Of a stretch of 59,611 nucleotides of DNA, positions 10,174 to 20,031 are shown piece by piece (position 1 is the stretch's first letter; every line of letters starts with the position of its first letter). The stretch comes from Candidatus Heimdallarchaeota archaeon (GTDB lineage Archaea; Asgardarchaeota; Heimdallarchaeia; Hodarchaeales; Hodarchaeaceae). Location: contig JBHLSH010000012.1 in the NCBI GenBank assembly GCA_048881705.1, forward strand, positions 1 through 59,611, given 5' to 3'. The notes under the pieces were generated by a model, which saw only the letters and a program-made list of their open reading frames with translations, was not told the origin of the DNA and searched no databases. The position numbers and the translations under genes are program-made.

Positions 10174-10572
10174 ATGTCCCAAGAGAATTTGCTTGAACCG
10201 TTTGAACCGCTCCTAAATAAGAAGGTATTTGCTCACCTTTCCACGATAATGCCTAATGGGTCTCCGCAGGTTTCCCCTGTCTGGCTCAGTTTTGATAATG
10301 GCCTTATTTGGATCAATACGGCGATAGGCCGGCAAAAAGACCGGAATATGAAGCGTGATCCCCGAGTGGCCCTTTCTATTCTTGACCCGGATAATCCATA
10401 TTTTAGACTGTTGGTTCGAGGAAGGGTTGCTGAATGGACGATTGAAGGAGCTGTTGATCATATTAATGCGCTCGCCAAAAAATACATGGGAACGGACAAA
10501 TATTCCAATCTTTCACCTAGTGAACAACGTGTTATCTTCAAGATTAAACCCCGTAAGGTCACTGGATCTTGA
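10174..10572 (+). CDS. PPOX-class, probably F420-dependent, oxidoreductase (split barrel)
   Basis: AHLSTIMPNGSPQVSPVW, RQKDRNMKRDPRVALSI, KYMG..Y, RVIFKIKP. Confidence 0.9.
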   Translation: MSQENLLEPFEPLLNKKVFAHLSTIMPNGSPQVSPVWLSFDNGLIWINTAIGRQKDRNMKRDPRVALSILDPDNPYFRLLVRGRVAEWTIEGAVDHINALAKKYMGTDKYSNLSPSEQRVIFKIKPRKVTGS

Positions 10573-10577
10573 TTTTA

Positions 10578-11285
10578 TTATGATTTAAGTGCTCGTCTTA
10601 CGATGGGGTTTCGATCCATCAGGTTTTTCAGGGCTTGCTCATAATTCTCGTCAGGTTGAATTTGAACATTTATAAACACCCCTGTTCGTCCGATTTTGTC
10701 TCTTCTATTAAGGACTCGAACTCTTTCGTCGATTATCCGCTGAGATATACCTAGTAATTGACCAATCCTTTTTTTATCCTCTAGTATCGGCGTTTGCCAA
10801 TAACCATTTCCTTCAGGTTCAATCAGGATAAGTTTTTTTGTTACTCCTGGCGTACGTTGTTGCTTCTTAAGTTGACCCCGATTCACAAGGCCTGAGAACC
10901 GAAAGAACTCTATATCGCGTTCATTCGCTGCCGTCAAAGGAAAGCTGAGCGAAACATTGTCATTTCGGGATAGAACTCCCCGTATGACAGAATTGGGAGT
11001 GGCCATCGTGATACGACGCTCTGCATCGTGGAAGGTCGGCAGAAGATCAATCCTAAAGGACGGAATGGCAAGGGGTAAGTAAACGTCGATATCGGATGTA
11101 ACCTTTACATCGCCTCGGGCAACACTTCCATGAACAAATCCTCCAGTTAAACCCCTTTCCTCCAGCTCTCTCAAAATTTCCAAGGCTTTTTTTTGAAACG
11201 AAACAAATAAATCCCATTCTGTTTCTGAATATTCGTGAAAAGTGCGATTGATCGTCTGTTTAGGCTTTTCTCGCGGCATTTCCAT
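10578..11285 (-). CDS. Archaeal Pol-beta-type nucleotidyltransferase domain protein
   Basis: VHGSVARGDVKVTSDIDV signature; conserved archaeal tail R..PGVTKKL...ER..VL.RRDKIGRTGVF. Confidence 0.85.
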   Translation of the reverse strand: MEMPREKPKQTINRTFHEYSETEWDLFVSFQKKALEILRELEERGLTGGFVHGSVARGDVKVTSDIDVYLPLAIPSFRIDLLPTFHDAERRITMATPNSVIRGVLSRNDNVSLSFPLTAANERDIEFFRFSGLVNRGQLKKQQRTPGVTKKLILIEPEGNGYWQTPILEDKKRIGQLLGISQRIIDERVRVLNRRDKIGRTGVFINVQIQPDENYEQALKNLMDRNPIVRRALKS

Positions 11286-11403
11286 CTACTAGGTTTTTTT
11301 ACCACAATAAAACCCTATTTAGGTTTTATTAGAATTTCCTTATTTCGACATTTATTGAGCCACCCCTTATTAATTGTCCAAAAAAGTGAAGTTGAGACAT
11401 TAG

Positions 11404-12450
11404 ATGTCCGTCGAAGTACGAAATCTCAAGAAAACATACCGTCGTTTGGCAGGAAAGCCCAATGCACTTGCCAGGCTCCGGGCGTATCTTCGTCGCGATT
11501 ATAATCTTATAAAGGCTTTAGATGACGTTTCCTTCAATATTAATCCAGGCGAAAAAGTAACTATACTGGGCCCGAACGGGGCAGGGAAAAGTACAATAAT
11601 TAAGATTCTTACAGGGATAATCCACACTGATGCGGGAGAAGCTCAGGTAGATGGATTAGATCCTCAAAGTGACCGATACAAGGCGGCTTATCGTTTTGGA
11701 GTCGTTTTTGGACATCGATCTTTGCTTTGGAAACATATACCGGTCATAGAATCATTTCGATTGTATAGAGATATTTATGATTTAGATTCTAGAACCTTTC
11801 AATCACGATTAGATGAATTCATTGATGTGCTTCAAATAAAACCGTTCCTAAATCGTCAACCCAGACGACTCTCTTTAGGAGAACGGATGCGGTGTGAACT
11901 AGTTGCCTCACTCATTCACAATCCCCCTGTAGTATTCCTAGATGAACCAACCATTGGGCTTGACATTGTTGCCGCTCGGAGGATACGGGAGTTTATCAAT
12001 GAACGAAATCGAAATGATGGAACCACGGTCGTTTTATGTTCCCATAATGTCCGAGATATTGAACAAATATGTACCCGGGCAATTTTACTTTTGAAAGGGC
12101 AGATCCGTTATGATGGTCCGACGAAAACATTAGCCACGGTCTTGAAAAGGGAAAAATTGCTCCGTTTCACATTTCGGACAGAGGAAAAACCTATATCAGA
12201 CTTCATTAAGTACTTGAAGGAATTATCGGCAATTGCCCGCGTAATAAATCATTCAGGTGATCCTATCGATTCACTGAATGGATTGGATAACTCAATAACT
12301 ATTGAATTTAACACCAAGGCTCTCGATTTAGATGATCTTGTTCCCAATCTCGTGTCGCGCGTGGATCGAATTATAGACATTCAGATTGCAGATGCAGACT
12401 TAGAAGATATTATCGAGGAATTATATAAGGATAGGGAGCTGCCCGTATGA
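11404..12450 (+). CDS. ABC-2 type exporter, ATP-binding subunit
   Basis: GPNGAGKST, LSLGERMR, FLDEPTIGLD, CSH. Confidence 0.95.
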   Translation: MSVEVRNLKKTYRRLAGKPNALARLRAYLRRDYNLIKALDDVSFNINPGEKVTILGPNGAGKSTIIKILTGIIHTDAGEAQVDGLDPQSDRYKAAYRFGVVFGHRSLLWKHIPVIESFRLYRDIYDLDSRTFQSRLDEFIDVLQIKPFLNRQPRRLSLGERMRCELVASLIHNPPVVFLDEPTIGLDIVAARRIREFINERNRNDGTTVVLCSHNVRDIEQICTRAILLLKGQIRYDGPTKTLATVLKREKLLRFTFRTEEKPISDFIKYLKELSAIARVINHSGDPIDSLNGLDNSITIEFNTKALDLDDLVPNLVSRVDRIIDIQIADADLEDIIEELYKDRELPV

Positions 12451-13253
12451 TTCGTAAAATTCTGAGAATTCAATGGCGATTCCTTATTATGTCTTACAAG
12501 ATGATTTATCAATATCCATTTATGATTGTCGGCGGATTTATCGAGGGGACAGCCACACTTATGGCTTTCGTTATCTTTTGGCAGGTTATCCTAGTTGGGC
12601 AATCTTTTGGGACTTGGAAGATGGAGGAAATCTTAATCTTCACTGCTCTCGCTTATTTCGCATGGGGACTAGCTTCACTGTTTTTTACAGGAGTCTGGGT
12701 TCTTCCGAACAAAATAATCGAAGGTGATATTGAAAGGTGGTTATGTCGCCCAATTAGACACCCGCTGTTGGGCGTCCTTTTTGAAGAGGTATGGGTAGGT
12801 GGGAGTGCACTTCTAGTTGTCTCCATTTTGTTAATGTCTTTGGTAGGCGCTTACTATCATATGCAATTTCAGCTCCTTAATCTCATCCTTGCATTTATCA
12901 GTCTCGCCATTGGTATTACTACGCTCTATTTGCTTTATGGATCTATTACTGCACTCGCAGGATTCACGATTGGCAGAGCTGAATTTGTACAGGAGGCCTT
13001 TGACACTCTTGAAATAACTTTTGCCCGAGTTCCAGCCACTTCCCTGCCAAGAGGAATTACAACATTTCTAATGGTAGGATTTCCTGTTGCTTTTCTCAGT
13101 GCTTTCCCCACGGAAATTCTTTTGGGGCGTCTTTCCGTGAATAATGCAATCGAAGTTCTTATCCTTCAGGTACCTCTTTGCTTATTCTGGATCGGGACAT
13201 TTCTAATAATTTGGAAGGTCGGTATATCACGTTATGAAAGCGCCTCAAATTAG
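12447..13253 (+). CDS. ABC-2 family permease
   Basis: Six-TM pattern, IIEGDIERWLCRP motif, ATGA overlap with the ATPase gene. Confidence 0.88.
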   Translation: MIRKILRIQWRFLIMSYKMIYQYPFMIVGGFIEGTATLMAFVIFWQVILVGQSFGTWKMEEILIFTALAYFAWGLASLFFTGVWVLPNKIIEGDIERWLCRPIRHPLLGVLFEEVWVGGSALLVVSILLMSLVGAYYHMQFQLLNLILAFISLAIGITTLYLLYGSITALAGFTIGRAEFVQEAFDTLEITFARVPATSLPRGITTFLMVGFPVAFLSAFPTEILLGRLSVNNAIEVLILQVPLCLFWIGTFLIIWKVGISRYESASN

Positions 13254-13265
13254 GAGCATTCTTCG

Positions 13266-14075
13266 ATGGCTATTATGAATAAGTACATTCGGGTTATGCG
13301 GACTTCATTCACGGATCTCTCCGCCTACTGGGGAGATTTTATCGGGTTCCTAGCGTGGGGACCAATGAGTTTTGTCTTATTAGTGATCATTTGGTCAATA
13401 GTATATTCATCCAATCCACAAGCCCCTGATACATTCAATTATTCCATAAACGAGATACTCGGCTACAGTTTGATTGTCACATTCATAGGAGAAGCATTAC
13501 TTCTCTACAAGGTAGCGTGGGGGATCCAAGATGATAATTTGGATGGAACTATGACGATCTATCTATGTCGGCCTGTTAACTATCTCAGTTTTCGTTTTGC
13601 CCAAATACTGTCCCGATCTCTCTTGAGTACGGCAATTTTGTTACCCGTGGTTCTTCTGCTAATTTCGGTGATGGAATTGCCAATCATACTCGATCCGTTG
13701 ATCTTGGTTGGCTTTTTGATCTCCATTGGAATTGGATATATCCTGAGCTTTCTTTGTTTCGCCTTGGTCGGCACCTCAACCTTCTATATTAGACAAATCT
13801 GGCCGATTCGAGCCGCTTTTATAGCCATCATGCAGATACTAGGAGGAGAACTGTTACCTGTAGATCTCCTCCCATCAGTGTATCAGTCGTTTGTAAGAAT
13901 GCTTCCTTTTTATTTGATCAGTTTTATGCCAGCCCAATGGGTGCTGGGTAGGATAACAATAGAGGAATTCGTTATTTCATTGATTCAAGGAGTCTTTTGG
14001 ATCTTGATCTTAGTTTTGGTGACTAAAATTGTGTGGAGTCATGCTTTAAAAAAGTTTGAGTCGGCAGGAGGGTAA
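13266..14075 (+). CDS. ABC-2 family permease (second subunit)
   Basis: Six-TM pattern, DGTMTIYLCRPVNY, GGELLPVDLLP. Confidence 0.88.
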   Translation: MAIMNKYIRVMRTSFTDLSAYWGDFIGFLAWGPMSFVLLVIIWSIVYSSNPQAPDTFNYSINEILGYSLIVTFIGEALLLYKVAWGIQDDNLDGTMTIYLCRPVNYLSFRFAQILSRSLLSTAILLPVVLLLISVMELPIILDPLILVGFLISIGIGYILSFLCFALVGTSTFYIRQIWPIRAAFIAIMQILGGELLPVDLLPSVYQSFVRMLPFYLISFMPAQWVLGRITIEEFVISLIQGVFWILILVLVTKIVWSHALKKFESAGG

Positions 14076-14093
14076 TTAAAGAGGTTTTTTTCT

Positions 14094-14486
14094 CTACCAA
14101 AGAAATTTTACGTTCTGGATTTGCTTTAACGCTTTTTTAATTCGCGGTTCAATAATTTCCTCAAAGATCCCATGGCGATTGGCAATTCCCCCACCAATTC
14201 GCGATACAAGGTACGTCTTGTCGGGATTCTTTGAAATGACCGCAATCAGTTTTTCCAGTTCCAATTCAAAAACCGATCGGTATTCAGCAATCGTGAAATA
14301 ATCCTCAGAATTTGCACCTGGTGTTTTCTTTGTTATAAAGCCATACACATTTGGTTCATCCCGTAGTATTGCGGCGCCTCCTCTTCCGCTCCTATGATAA
14401 TTATCCCCGAAAACAAAGATTTCATTGGGGTGATCTTTAAGATACTTCCTCGTGATTCTCCTTTCATTCAATTTATAACTCACCAT
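14094..14486 (-). CDS. Small protein with Macro-domain-like glycine loops (phage-associated IFVFGxN family)
   Basis: EIFVFGDN..RSGRGGAA and SRIGGGIAN resemble the two diphosphate-binding loops of the Macro fold. Confidence 0.55.
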   Translation of the reverse strand: MVSYKLNERRITRKYLKDHPNEIFVFGDNYHRSGRGGAAILRDEPNVYGFITKKTPGANSEDYFTIAEYRSVFELELEKLIAVISKNPDKTYLVSRIGGGIANRHGIFEEIIEPRIKKALKQIQNVKFLW

Positions 14487-14733
14487 TCTTAATACTAGGA
14501 GTATTCGATCCTAGAATTGAATAGAATCCCTTACTAGGATATGGCAAATCCACCTGAGTTTATGTGCTTGATCAATAATGGAACATTTTTGTTTTATTGC
14601 ATTTTAGTTTTTCCCGCATTTCCAATGAGGAATGCCGTTCTCCTCAGAGGATGATAAAAATCGCATATTTTACGTGTTACGTATCCCATTAAAGATTATT
14701 AATTCCCCCATTTGGAATCCTGCTTTTGGGCCG

Positions 14734-14985
14734 TTACCAGGCGTTTTTGATGATATTTTTAGCATAGCGGATATCCAGAGTCTTTGTTTCAAAATCGACT
14801 TGATAAGTTATTTCTGAGTTAAAATCCGACTCAAGAGTTGGAATTGATGCGAGGCAGCTCTTGCAGATATCTAAGGAAGCCAAAAAAGAAACTAAACTAT
14901 GTAGATTTTCATTTTCAAGGCTTTCCTGGGTGAAATTCCGCACCCGAAAATTCCCAATAAAGTTGGTTTGGCACTCTTCTGGCAT
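14734..14985 (-). CDS. Small hypothetical protein (83 aa)
   Basis: AGGTGAG Shine-Dalgarno-like motif 3 nt upstream of the ATG; one CKSC motif; no family recognised. Confidence 0.4.
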   Translation of the reverse strand: MPEECQTNFIGNFRVRNFTQESLENENLHSLVSFLASLDICKSCLASIPTLESDFNSEITYQVDFETKTLDIRYAKNIIKNAW

Positions 14986-15265
14986 AAGCTCACCTTTTCC
15001 CTGCGATATCGCCCATATCCTCTTATTTCGTCATAAGATGTTAGTATCACGATCGAAGATTACCCAATATCAGAACCAAAAATCGGAGAGTCTGCGAAAT
15101 TATTCGCTGGCAAATAGGGAAAAAGCTTTGATGACTTTGGAAATAAGTGTAACTACAGCAACTCCCTTGATAGGTAGAATTGATTTATTGGGGTCAAGAT
15201 ACTTTTCTTTCAAGGAGGATTTTATCCGTAAATTCCCGCCTGGGTAATAAAGGAAATTGTAGGAG

Positions 15266-17152
15266 TCATGCGTGATTCTTGGGTATATTTTCTGGCCTTC
15301 TTCTATGGATTTTGATGATAGCAGGGAAAAGTAAGGTTATCAAGATTAAAACAGTCGATATGGGAGTCGCAGAAGTCGTGGTCGTTTTTGCAACCATAGG
15401 TGGGGTCGTAGGTATTGTTCTGGAAGTTCCTGAAGTGTACTCAGAAATCATGAGTGTAAACTCTCCTTCCCCTCTATTGGATATAATATTAACGTAATAA
15501 ATTCCAGCTGCAAGGTCTTGTAGGATTAATATATCGGGATAACTGACATCATAGGTTCCAGCGACATAGGACAAAGCACTATCATACAACTCCAAATTGA
15601 AATCGGTTCCATCAGGGCCAGTCAAAGACCAATTGTAATCCCCTTCATTTAATGTTAAATTATACCAAATAGAACCGTCTGTTGTAGATCCAGGCAGATA
15701 GCCAATAGTTTCGCCTAATTCGATTGGCGTGACATTTTCAGGAGATTCATCTACTATTGGCGCGTATTCAGTAATGGTGATCATAAAACTGCCAGTTCCA
15801 TTACTGGCGATGACTGCAATGTAATAGTCTCCAGCCTCGAGGTTTGAAATTAACAGATCATCGGGATAATCGTCACCAGTTGCTTCCCCAATTGAATAAA
15901 AGCTGCTATTGTAAAGATAAAAATCGTAATTAGTTCCCTTAGGGCCATTAAGTGAAAACTGGAAATCTCCGAAAACGAGTTGCAGAAAATACCAGATCTC
16001 TCCGTATAATCCTGGACCAGGCATATACCCAGTCGTATTACCTAAACCGATTGGAATGGCGTTATCAGAGGATTTTCCTGGTGTGGCATCACCGATGTTA
16101 AGAGTAAAAGCCCCTGTTCCAGTTATAGAAAGGATAGAAATAAAGTAATCTGCCAATTTGAGATCTAAAATGGTCAAAATATCAGGGTACAATGTGTCAT
16201 TCGCAGAACCAATAAGATGCAAATCGGTGTCATAAAGATCTAAGTTAAAATCTGTACCACTTGTGCCAGTGAGAGACCATCGATAGTCTCCCGCATCCAA
16301 TCCAACTACATACCAAATCCTTCCATTTGGGCCAGGACCAGGCATCTCGCCTGTTGTCACTCCCATCGTAATGGGGATAGCATCTGAGGGAGAATCTCCA
16401 GTAGGAGCAGTGTAGATTGCTATGTTTAATATGAATGTGCCTGTACCAACTACAGGAAAGATTACCACCAAATAGGTTCCTGTTTGGAGAGCTAAAGCTA
16501 TTAAAAGATCGGGGTATCCAAAATCATCAGCTATTCCTATATTATTTCCATTTGAATCAAAAAGATACAAATCGAAGTTCGTTCCGCCCGGGCCGGTTAA
16601 GGTAAATTGGTAATCATTAGCTGAGAGGCTGACGACATAGTAGATCTCACCATCAATGCCCGGACCAAGCATGTTACCAATGGTATTGCCTGAATATGTT
16701 CTAATTGGATTGTCGTAATTATCACCTGGAACGCGGGTGTATTTAGCAACATTGAGAGTGAAGGCACCCGTTCCACTGATAGCGTAGACATTGATGAAAT
16801 AAGTATCTGCCGCAAGATCTAGAGCAAAAAAGCGATCCGGATAATAATCATGATATCCGCCTTCAATAAAGCCTAAACTATTGTCATACATATCTAGATC
16901 GAAATCAGTCCCTTCTTGAGCTGTTATACTGATCTGATAATCTCCAGCTGTTAATGTAATGCTGTACCAGACCGAACCATCAGTAGAAGGCCCAGGTAAG
17001 TTGCCAAACGTATCACCCAAGATAATAACTATTGCATTTGAAGGATCTTCTCCTTGGGCATTTACCGTACTGGTTTGAAATGAGAGTAAGATAATTATCA
17101 GAAACTGAAAAAGAATGAAATGCCCTTTTCTTATATTCTGCATCGTATTCAT
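15266..17152 (-). CDS. Secreted, membrane-anchored surface protein with five PPC-like (pre-peptidase C-terminal) beta-sandwich repeats
   Basis: Signal peptide (..RKGHFILFQFLIIILLSFQTSTVNA/Q), five repeats, Thr-rich linker, C-terminal TM followed by HRRR. Confidence 0.8.
   Translation of the reverse strand: MNTMQNIRKGHFILFQFLIIILLSFQTSTVNAQGEDPSNAIVIILGDTFGNLPGPSTDGSVWYSITLTAGDYQISITAQEGTDFDLDMYDNSLGFIEGGYHDYYPDRFFALDLAADTYFINVYAISGTGAFTLNVAKYTRVPGDNYDNPIRTYSGNTIGNMLGPGIDGEIYYVVSLSANDYQFTLTGPGGTNFDLYLFDSNGNNIGIADDFGYPDLLIALALQTGTYLVVIFPVVGTGTFILNIAIYTAPTGDSPSDAIPITMGVTTGEMPGPGPNGRIWYVVGLDAGDYRWSLTGTSGTDFNLDLYDTDLHLIGSANDTLYPDILTILDLKLADYFISILSITGTGAFTLNIGDATPGKSSDNAIPIGLGNTTGYMPGPGLYGEIWYFLQLVFGDFQFSLNGPKGTNYDFYLYNSSFYSIGEATGDDYPDDLLISNLEAGDYYIAVIASNGTGSFMITITEYAPIVDESPENVTPIELGETIGYLPGSTTDGSIWYNLTLNEGDYNWSLTGPDGTDFNLELYDSALSYVAGTYDVSYPDILILQDLAAGIYYVNIISNRGEGEFTLMISEYTSGTSRTIPTTPPMVAKTTTTSATPISTVLILITLLFPAIIKIHRRRPENIPKNHA
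15428..17050 (-). repeat. Five tandem ~108-aa intragenic domain repeats
   Basis: Recurring consensus (G)DxxxxAIPIxxGxTxGxxPGPxxxGxIWYxxxLxxGDYxxxLTGxxGTDFxLxLYD...YPD...L.AGxYxI.V....GTGxFTLxI. The copies are diverged at the DNA level. Confidence 0.85.
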
Positions 17153-17258
17153 CCCTTTTCTTCTCTAATTTCTTTTCATGTTACTATCCAGGCTAGTTCT
17201 CAAATTAAAATCAACTGGGATCTGTTCATTATCTTCAAAATACCAGTACGAATCTTTT

Positions 17259-17304
17259 AAAAAGAAAAAAAGAATGGAGGAGGGTGGAAAGGGATATCTT
17301 CCCT
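17259..17304 (-). terminator. Candidate terminator: 5-bp hairpin followed by a T-tract on the minus strand
   Basis: AGGGA-TATCT-TCCCT at 17290..17304, and an A-rich run at 17259..17272 (T-tract on the minus strand), downstream of the stop at 17336. Confidence 0.35.
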
Positions 17305-17335
17305 ATTTCGATTTTTCGAGCTGGGGATGGCTCTT

Positions 17336-18652
17336 TTACCTTTTTCTCCGACGCCTCACTAAGGCAATGACTGGCAATATAAGGACGATTGAAATGAACG
17401 AAAATCCAGGTGCGAGCCAAACAGGAACTTGTGTGATGACCAGTTGATAAGGATAAGGCGGAGAATTGGCATCGAAATCAAAATCATCTGGTAGCCTTCT
17501 GTACATCAGGTATTGTGCATCGGGGGAATATAAGGCCATTTCATCATTATATGGGCCTTCCGTTAGCTGCACAATTCCTTCGTCGGCCGCAGGATCTGTC
17601 ACATTCAAACTGAAGAAGTGCCAATTCCCATCAGGATCACGGTTACTCCTCATCAACATTAGTTGCCCGTTTTGGGGGTGGTAGGTTTCAGGATAGTTTA
17701 AAAACTCGTCATCAAGAACAGTTCTATCGTTACTTCGATCCATGTTGATAGCATAGATATTGCCTTCTCGTGTCGCCGGTACTGGGGGCAAAGGAACATA
17801 TCTGTATGTAATAGTATAGCCATCAGCTAGTACGTAAGGAACTGTTCTATGTGGGAAAGATTTGATCGTAAATACATTCGATCCATCAGCATTACTAGTT
17901 CTAAGAGTCGTAGGATTATTCCAGTAGCTCGCATCACCCCATACAAGCTTGTTCCCTGTGGGGGATATACCTATTGTGAATGAATTATCACTCGTACTGG
18001 ATGGATTGCCGAGTTCCTGCCAATGAAAACTACCGTCTGTCGTGCAGATATATGGATTGTACCACCCATTACCATTGTGAGCAGACATGTATACCATAGT
18101 TCCATCTGTTCCTGGTATGAACCTCGCCCATGTTACCGTACCCCTGTTTGCGTAAGCAGGATTTGAGGATGTTTTGATCCCATTAGGAGTGATACCAGTC
18201 CTTGTAATCTGAGTAAGTCCAGTGCCATCCGTTCTTATCTTCCATAGGTCATTTCTGCCATAATATGAACTAGGCCTCCCAGATTCATCAGCAATGTGGA
18301 AGAGAATCCACTCGCCATGCCAATCCTCCAGGCTACTGAAATTGTGTCCGTTCGGTAAGGTGATTTGTCGATTATTACTGAGCTTTGCACTATGTCCAGC
18401 TTTGTCGGCAATCCATAATTCTCCATCATAGTTTAACCTTCCGTCTGGAAATTTTAGATATGCTATTTTTGTTCCGTCAGAGGACCAAAGATAGTCTGTT
18501 ATGTTTGTTTCATCGTCGATAACGTATGTAACTCCGCTAAAACTGGCTTTTACAAAGGTTATGGCTTGGAAAGAGCCTAAAACCAGGATTGTGATGAATA
18601 ATGTCAAAAATACTTTCTTTTTAACTTGTAGCAGCAAAACTATCGCCTCCAA
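17336..18652 (-). CDS. Secreted TolB/PD40-type beta-propeller protein with a PGF-like C-terminal sorting tail (start probably TTG 18637)
   Basis: Signal peptide, WSSDGTKIAY, ISPTGNKLVW, YSPDAQYLMY blades; C-terminus APGFSFISIVLILPVIALVRRRKR; GGAGG upstream of 18637. Confidence 0.82.
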   Translation of the reverse strand: MEAIVLLLQVKKKVFLTLFITILVLGSFQAITFVKASFSGVTYVIDDETNITDYLWSSDGTKIAYLKFPDGRLNYDGELWIADKAGHSAKLSNNRQITLPNGHNFSSLEDWHGEWILFHIADESGRPSSYYGRNDLWKIRTDGTGLTQITRTGITPNGIKTSSNPAYANRGTVTWARFIPGTDGTMVYMSAHNGNGWYNPYICTTDGSFHWQELGNPSSTSDNSFTIGISPTGNKLVWGDASYWNNPTTLRTSNADGSNVFTIKSFPHRTVPYVLADGYTITYRYVPLPPVPATREGNIYAINMDRSNDRTVLDDEFLNYPETYHPQNGQLMLMRSNRDPDGNWHFFSLNVTDPAADEGIVQLTEGPYNDEMALYSPDAQYLMYRRLPDDFDFDANSPPYPYQLVITQVPVWLAPGFSFISIVLILPVIALVRRRRKR

Positions 18653-19261
18653 ATTTGGCTTATTTTAGAATTCAAAGCGGAATTTGACCGGGAATTAAAG
18701 GATGAAGTTCCTTATAAAATTATGCTCTATATAAACTCAAAACTACGTTTTCCGGATATTAGTGGTTATTCCTCTAAAATAACTATAAATTCTGGAAAAT
18801 ACAAGACATAAGTATCGGTATCGTGACAGAGAAACAGAAGAAGTTTAAGACTGGTAAAGATAAGTTGTGATCTTAATTGGTTAATTTCCTGGATACAACA
18901 TCTGGAGGAATTAGGAACAAGTTAGTTCCATTAATGGTTACTAAATACGGAATAAGTTGATTTAGAGGAAATTAGAGGGCCATGTCTTTGCCTAGTCAAA
19001 TTTTGTAAGATTATAATCTACCCAGGGTGCTTTGCATCCCTAGAAGATCGAATCTGGGTTTGCTAGATTTTCCAATGTATTGTTGGAATCTCATGTTAAC
19101 GGAGATCATACTAATAATAAAGTGACCTCATCACGTGGTTGCCTAAGGAATCAGAAAATCTAAGATCTTTAGCTAATTAAGGTGATTCTTATCATTATTT
19201 TATGCCATAAGATGGTGATTTTTAAATAGAAAAAGGGAATGAATCATCGGAGCGGATTTCC

Positions 19262-19993
19262 GTGGATCCTTTCTTTTTACGCGACCATGAGGCAATCGAG
19301 GCCCTCAATGTGTTAGCAGACCAGACTCGAATGGATATGCTCCGTTTAATGAAAAAATATTCCCCTAAAGGACTAACGGCCTCAGAACTTTCAACCGAAC
19401 TTAACAAATCGATTCCTACTATCCTCCATCACTTGGATAGACTAGAAAAGCTAAAGCTTGCGTATTTTGAGATGGAAGCGATCGGTGACGGAAAACGAAA
19501 AGTCAAACATTGGAAATTACAACACCAAAAGATCCACCTTGAAATTGACATCGAGAACCTGGCCTTTTCTTTGGAGGACATTGAAAAACGCATATTCACA
19601 TTGTTTGAGGAAGAGAAAGACGCGGGGGGGTTTATATCGGCCAATTTTGCCGAATCGTTGACCGTTGAAAATATCATTGAGAGGCTGAAGAAAAAATATC
19701 AAGAGATCACAGAGGAGCAGGCCAAAATTATAATGCAGTCTCTGTCCACTGTAGAAGATACAATTGATCAGGTCGAGAAGTGGATCTATCATGAGTTTAA
19801 GAGTTCCGCTGGGGAGCTCAAACTACAGTTTTTCACTTTTGGAAGATATTTTGCCCTAGATGATAAATTGCGAGGAGAACTCTACGAAAAGCTAGCAAAC
19901 TCGCCAGATTTTTATATTCAGGCATTTGAGGATCCTGAAAGTGGAAGAGAGGTTACAGGCATTGTTTTGAGACCCGATGCCCTAAAAAAGTGA
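19262..19993 (+). CDS. ArsR-family winged-helix transcriptional regulator with an unassigned C-terminal region
   Basis: ALNVLADQTRMDML, LTASELSTELNKSIPTILHHLDRLEKLKL. Confidence 0.8.
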   Translation: MDPFFLRDHEAIEALNVLADQTRMDMLRLMKKYSPKGLTASELSTELNKSIPTILHHLDRLEKLKLAYFEMEAIGDGKRKVKHWKLQHQKIHLEIDIENLAFSLEDIEKRIFTLFEEEKDAGGFISANFAESLTVENIIERLKKKYQEITEEQAKIIMQSLSTVEDTIDQVEKWIYHEFKSSAGELKLQFFTFGRYFALDDKLRGELYEKLANSPDFYIQAFEDPESGREVTGIVLRPDALKK

Positions 19994-20031
19994 CGTAGAA
20001 ACTCTTTATCAAATCCTGCTATGCAAAGTTA

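Noticed and set aside
14861-15247. 128-aa plus-strand ORF and a possible IS remnant in 14487..15265
   Set aside because: No family motif, terminal inverted repeat or transposase residue was found, and the ORF overlaps a minus-strand ORF that has a better RBS.
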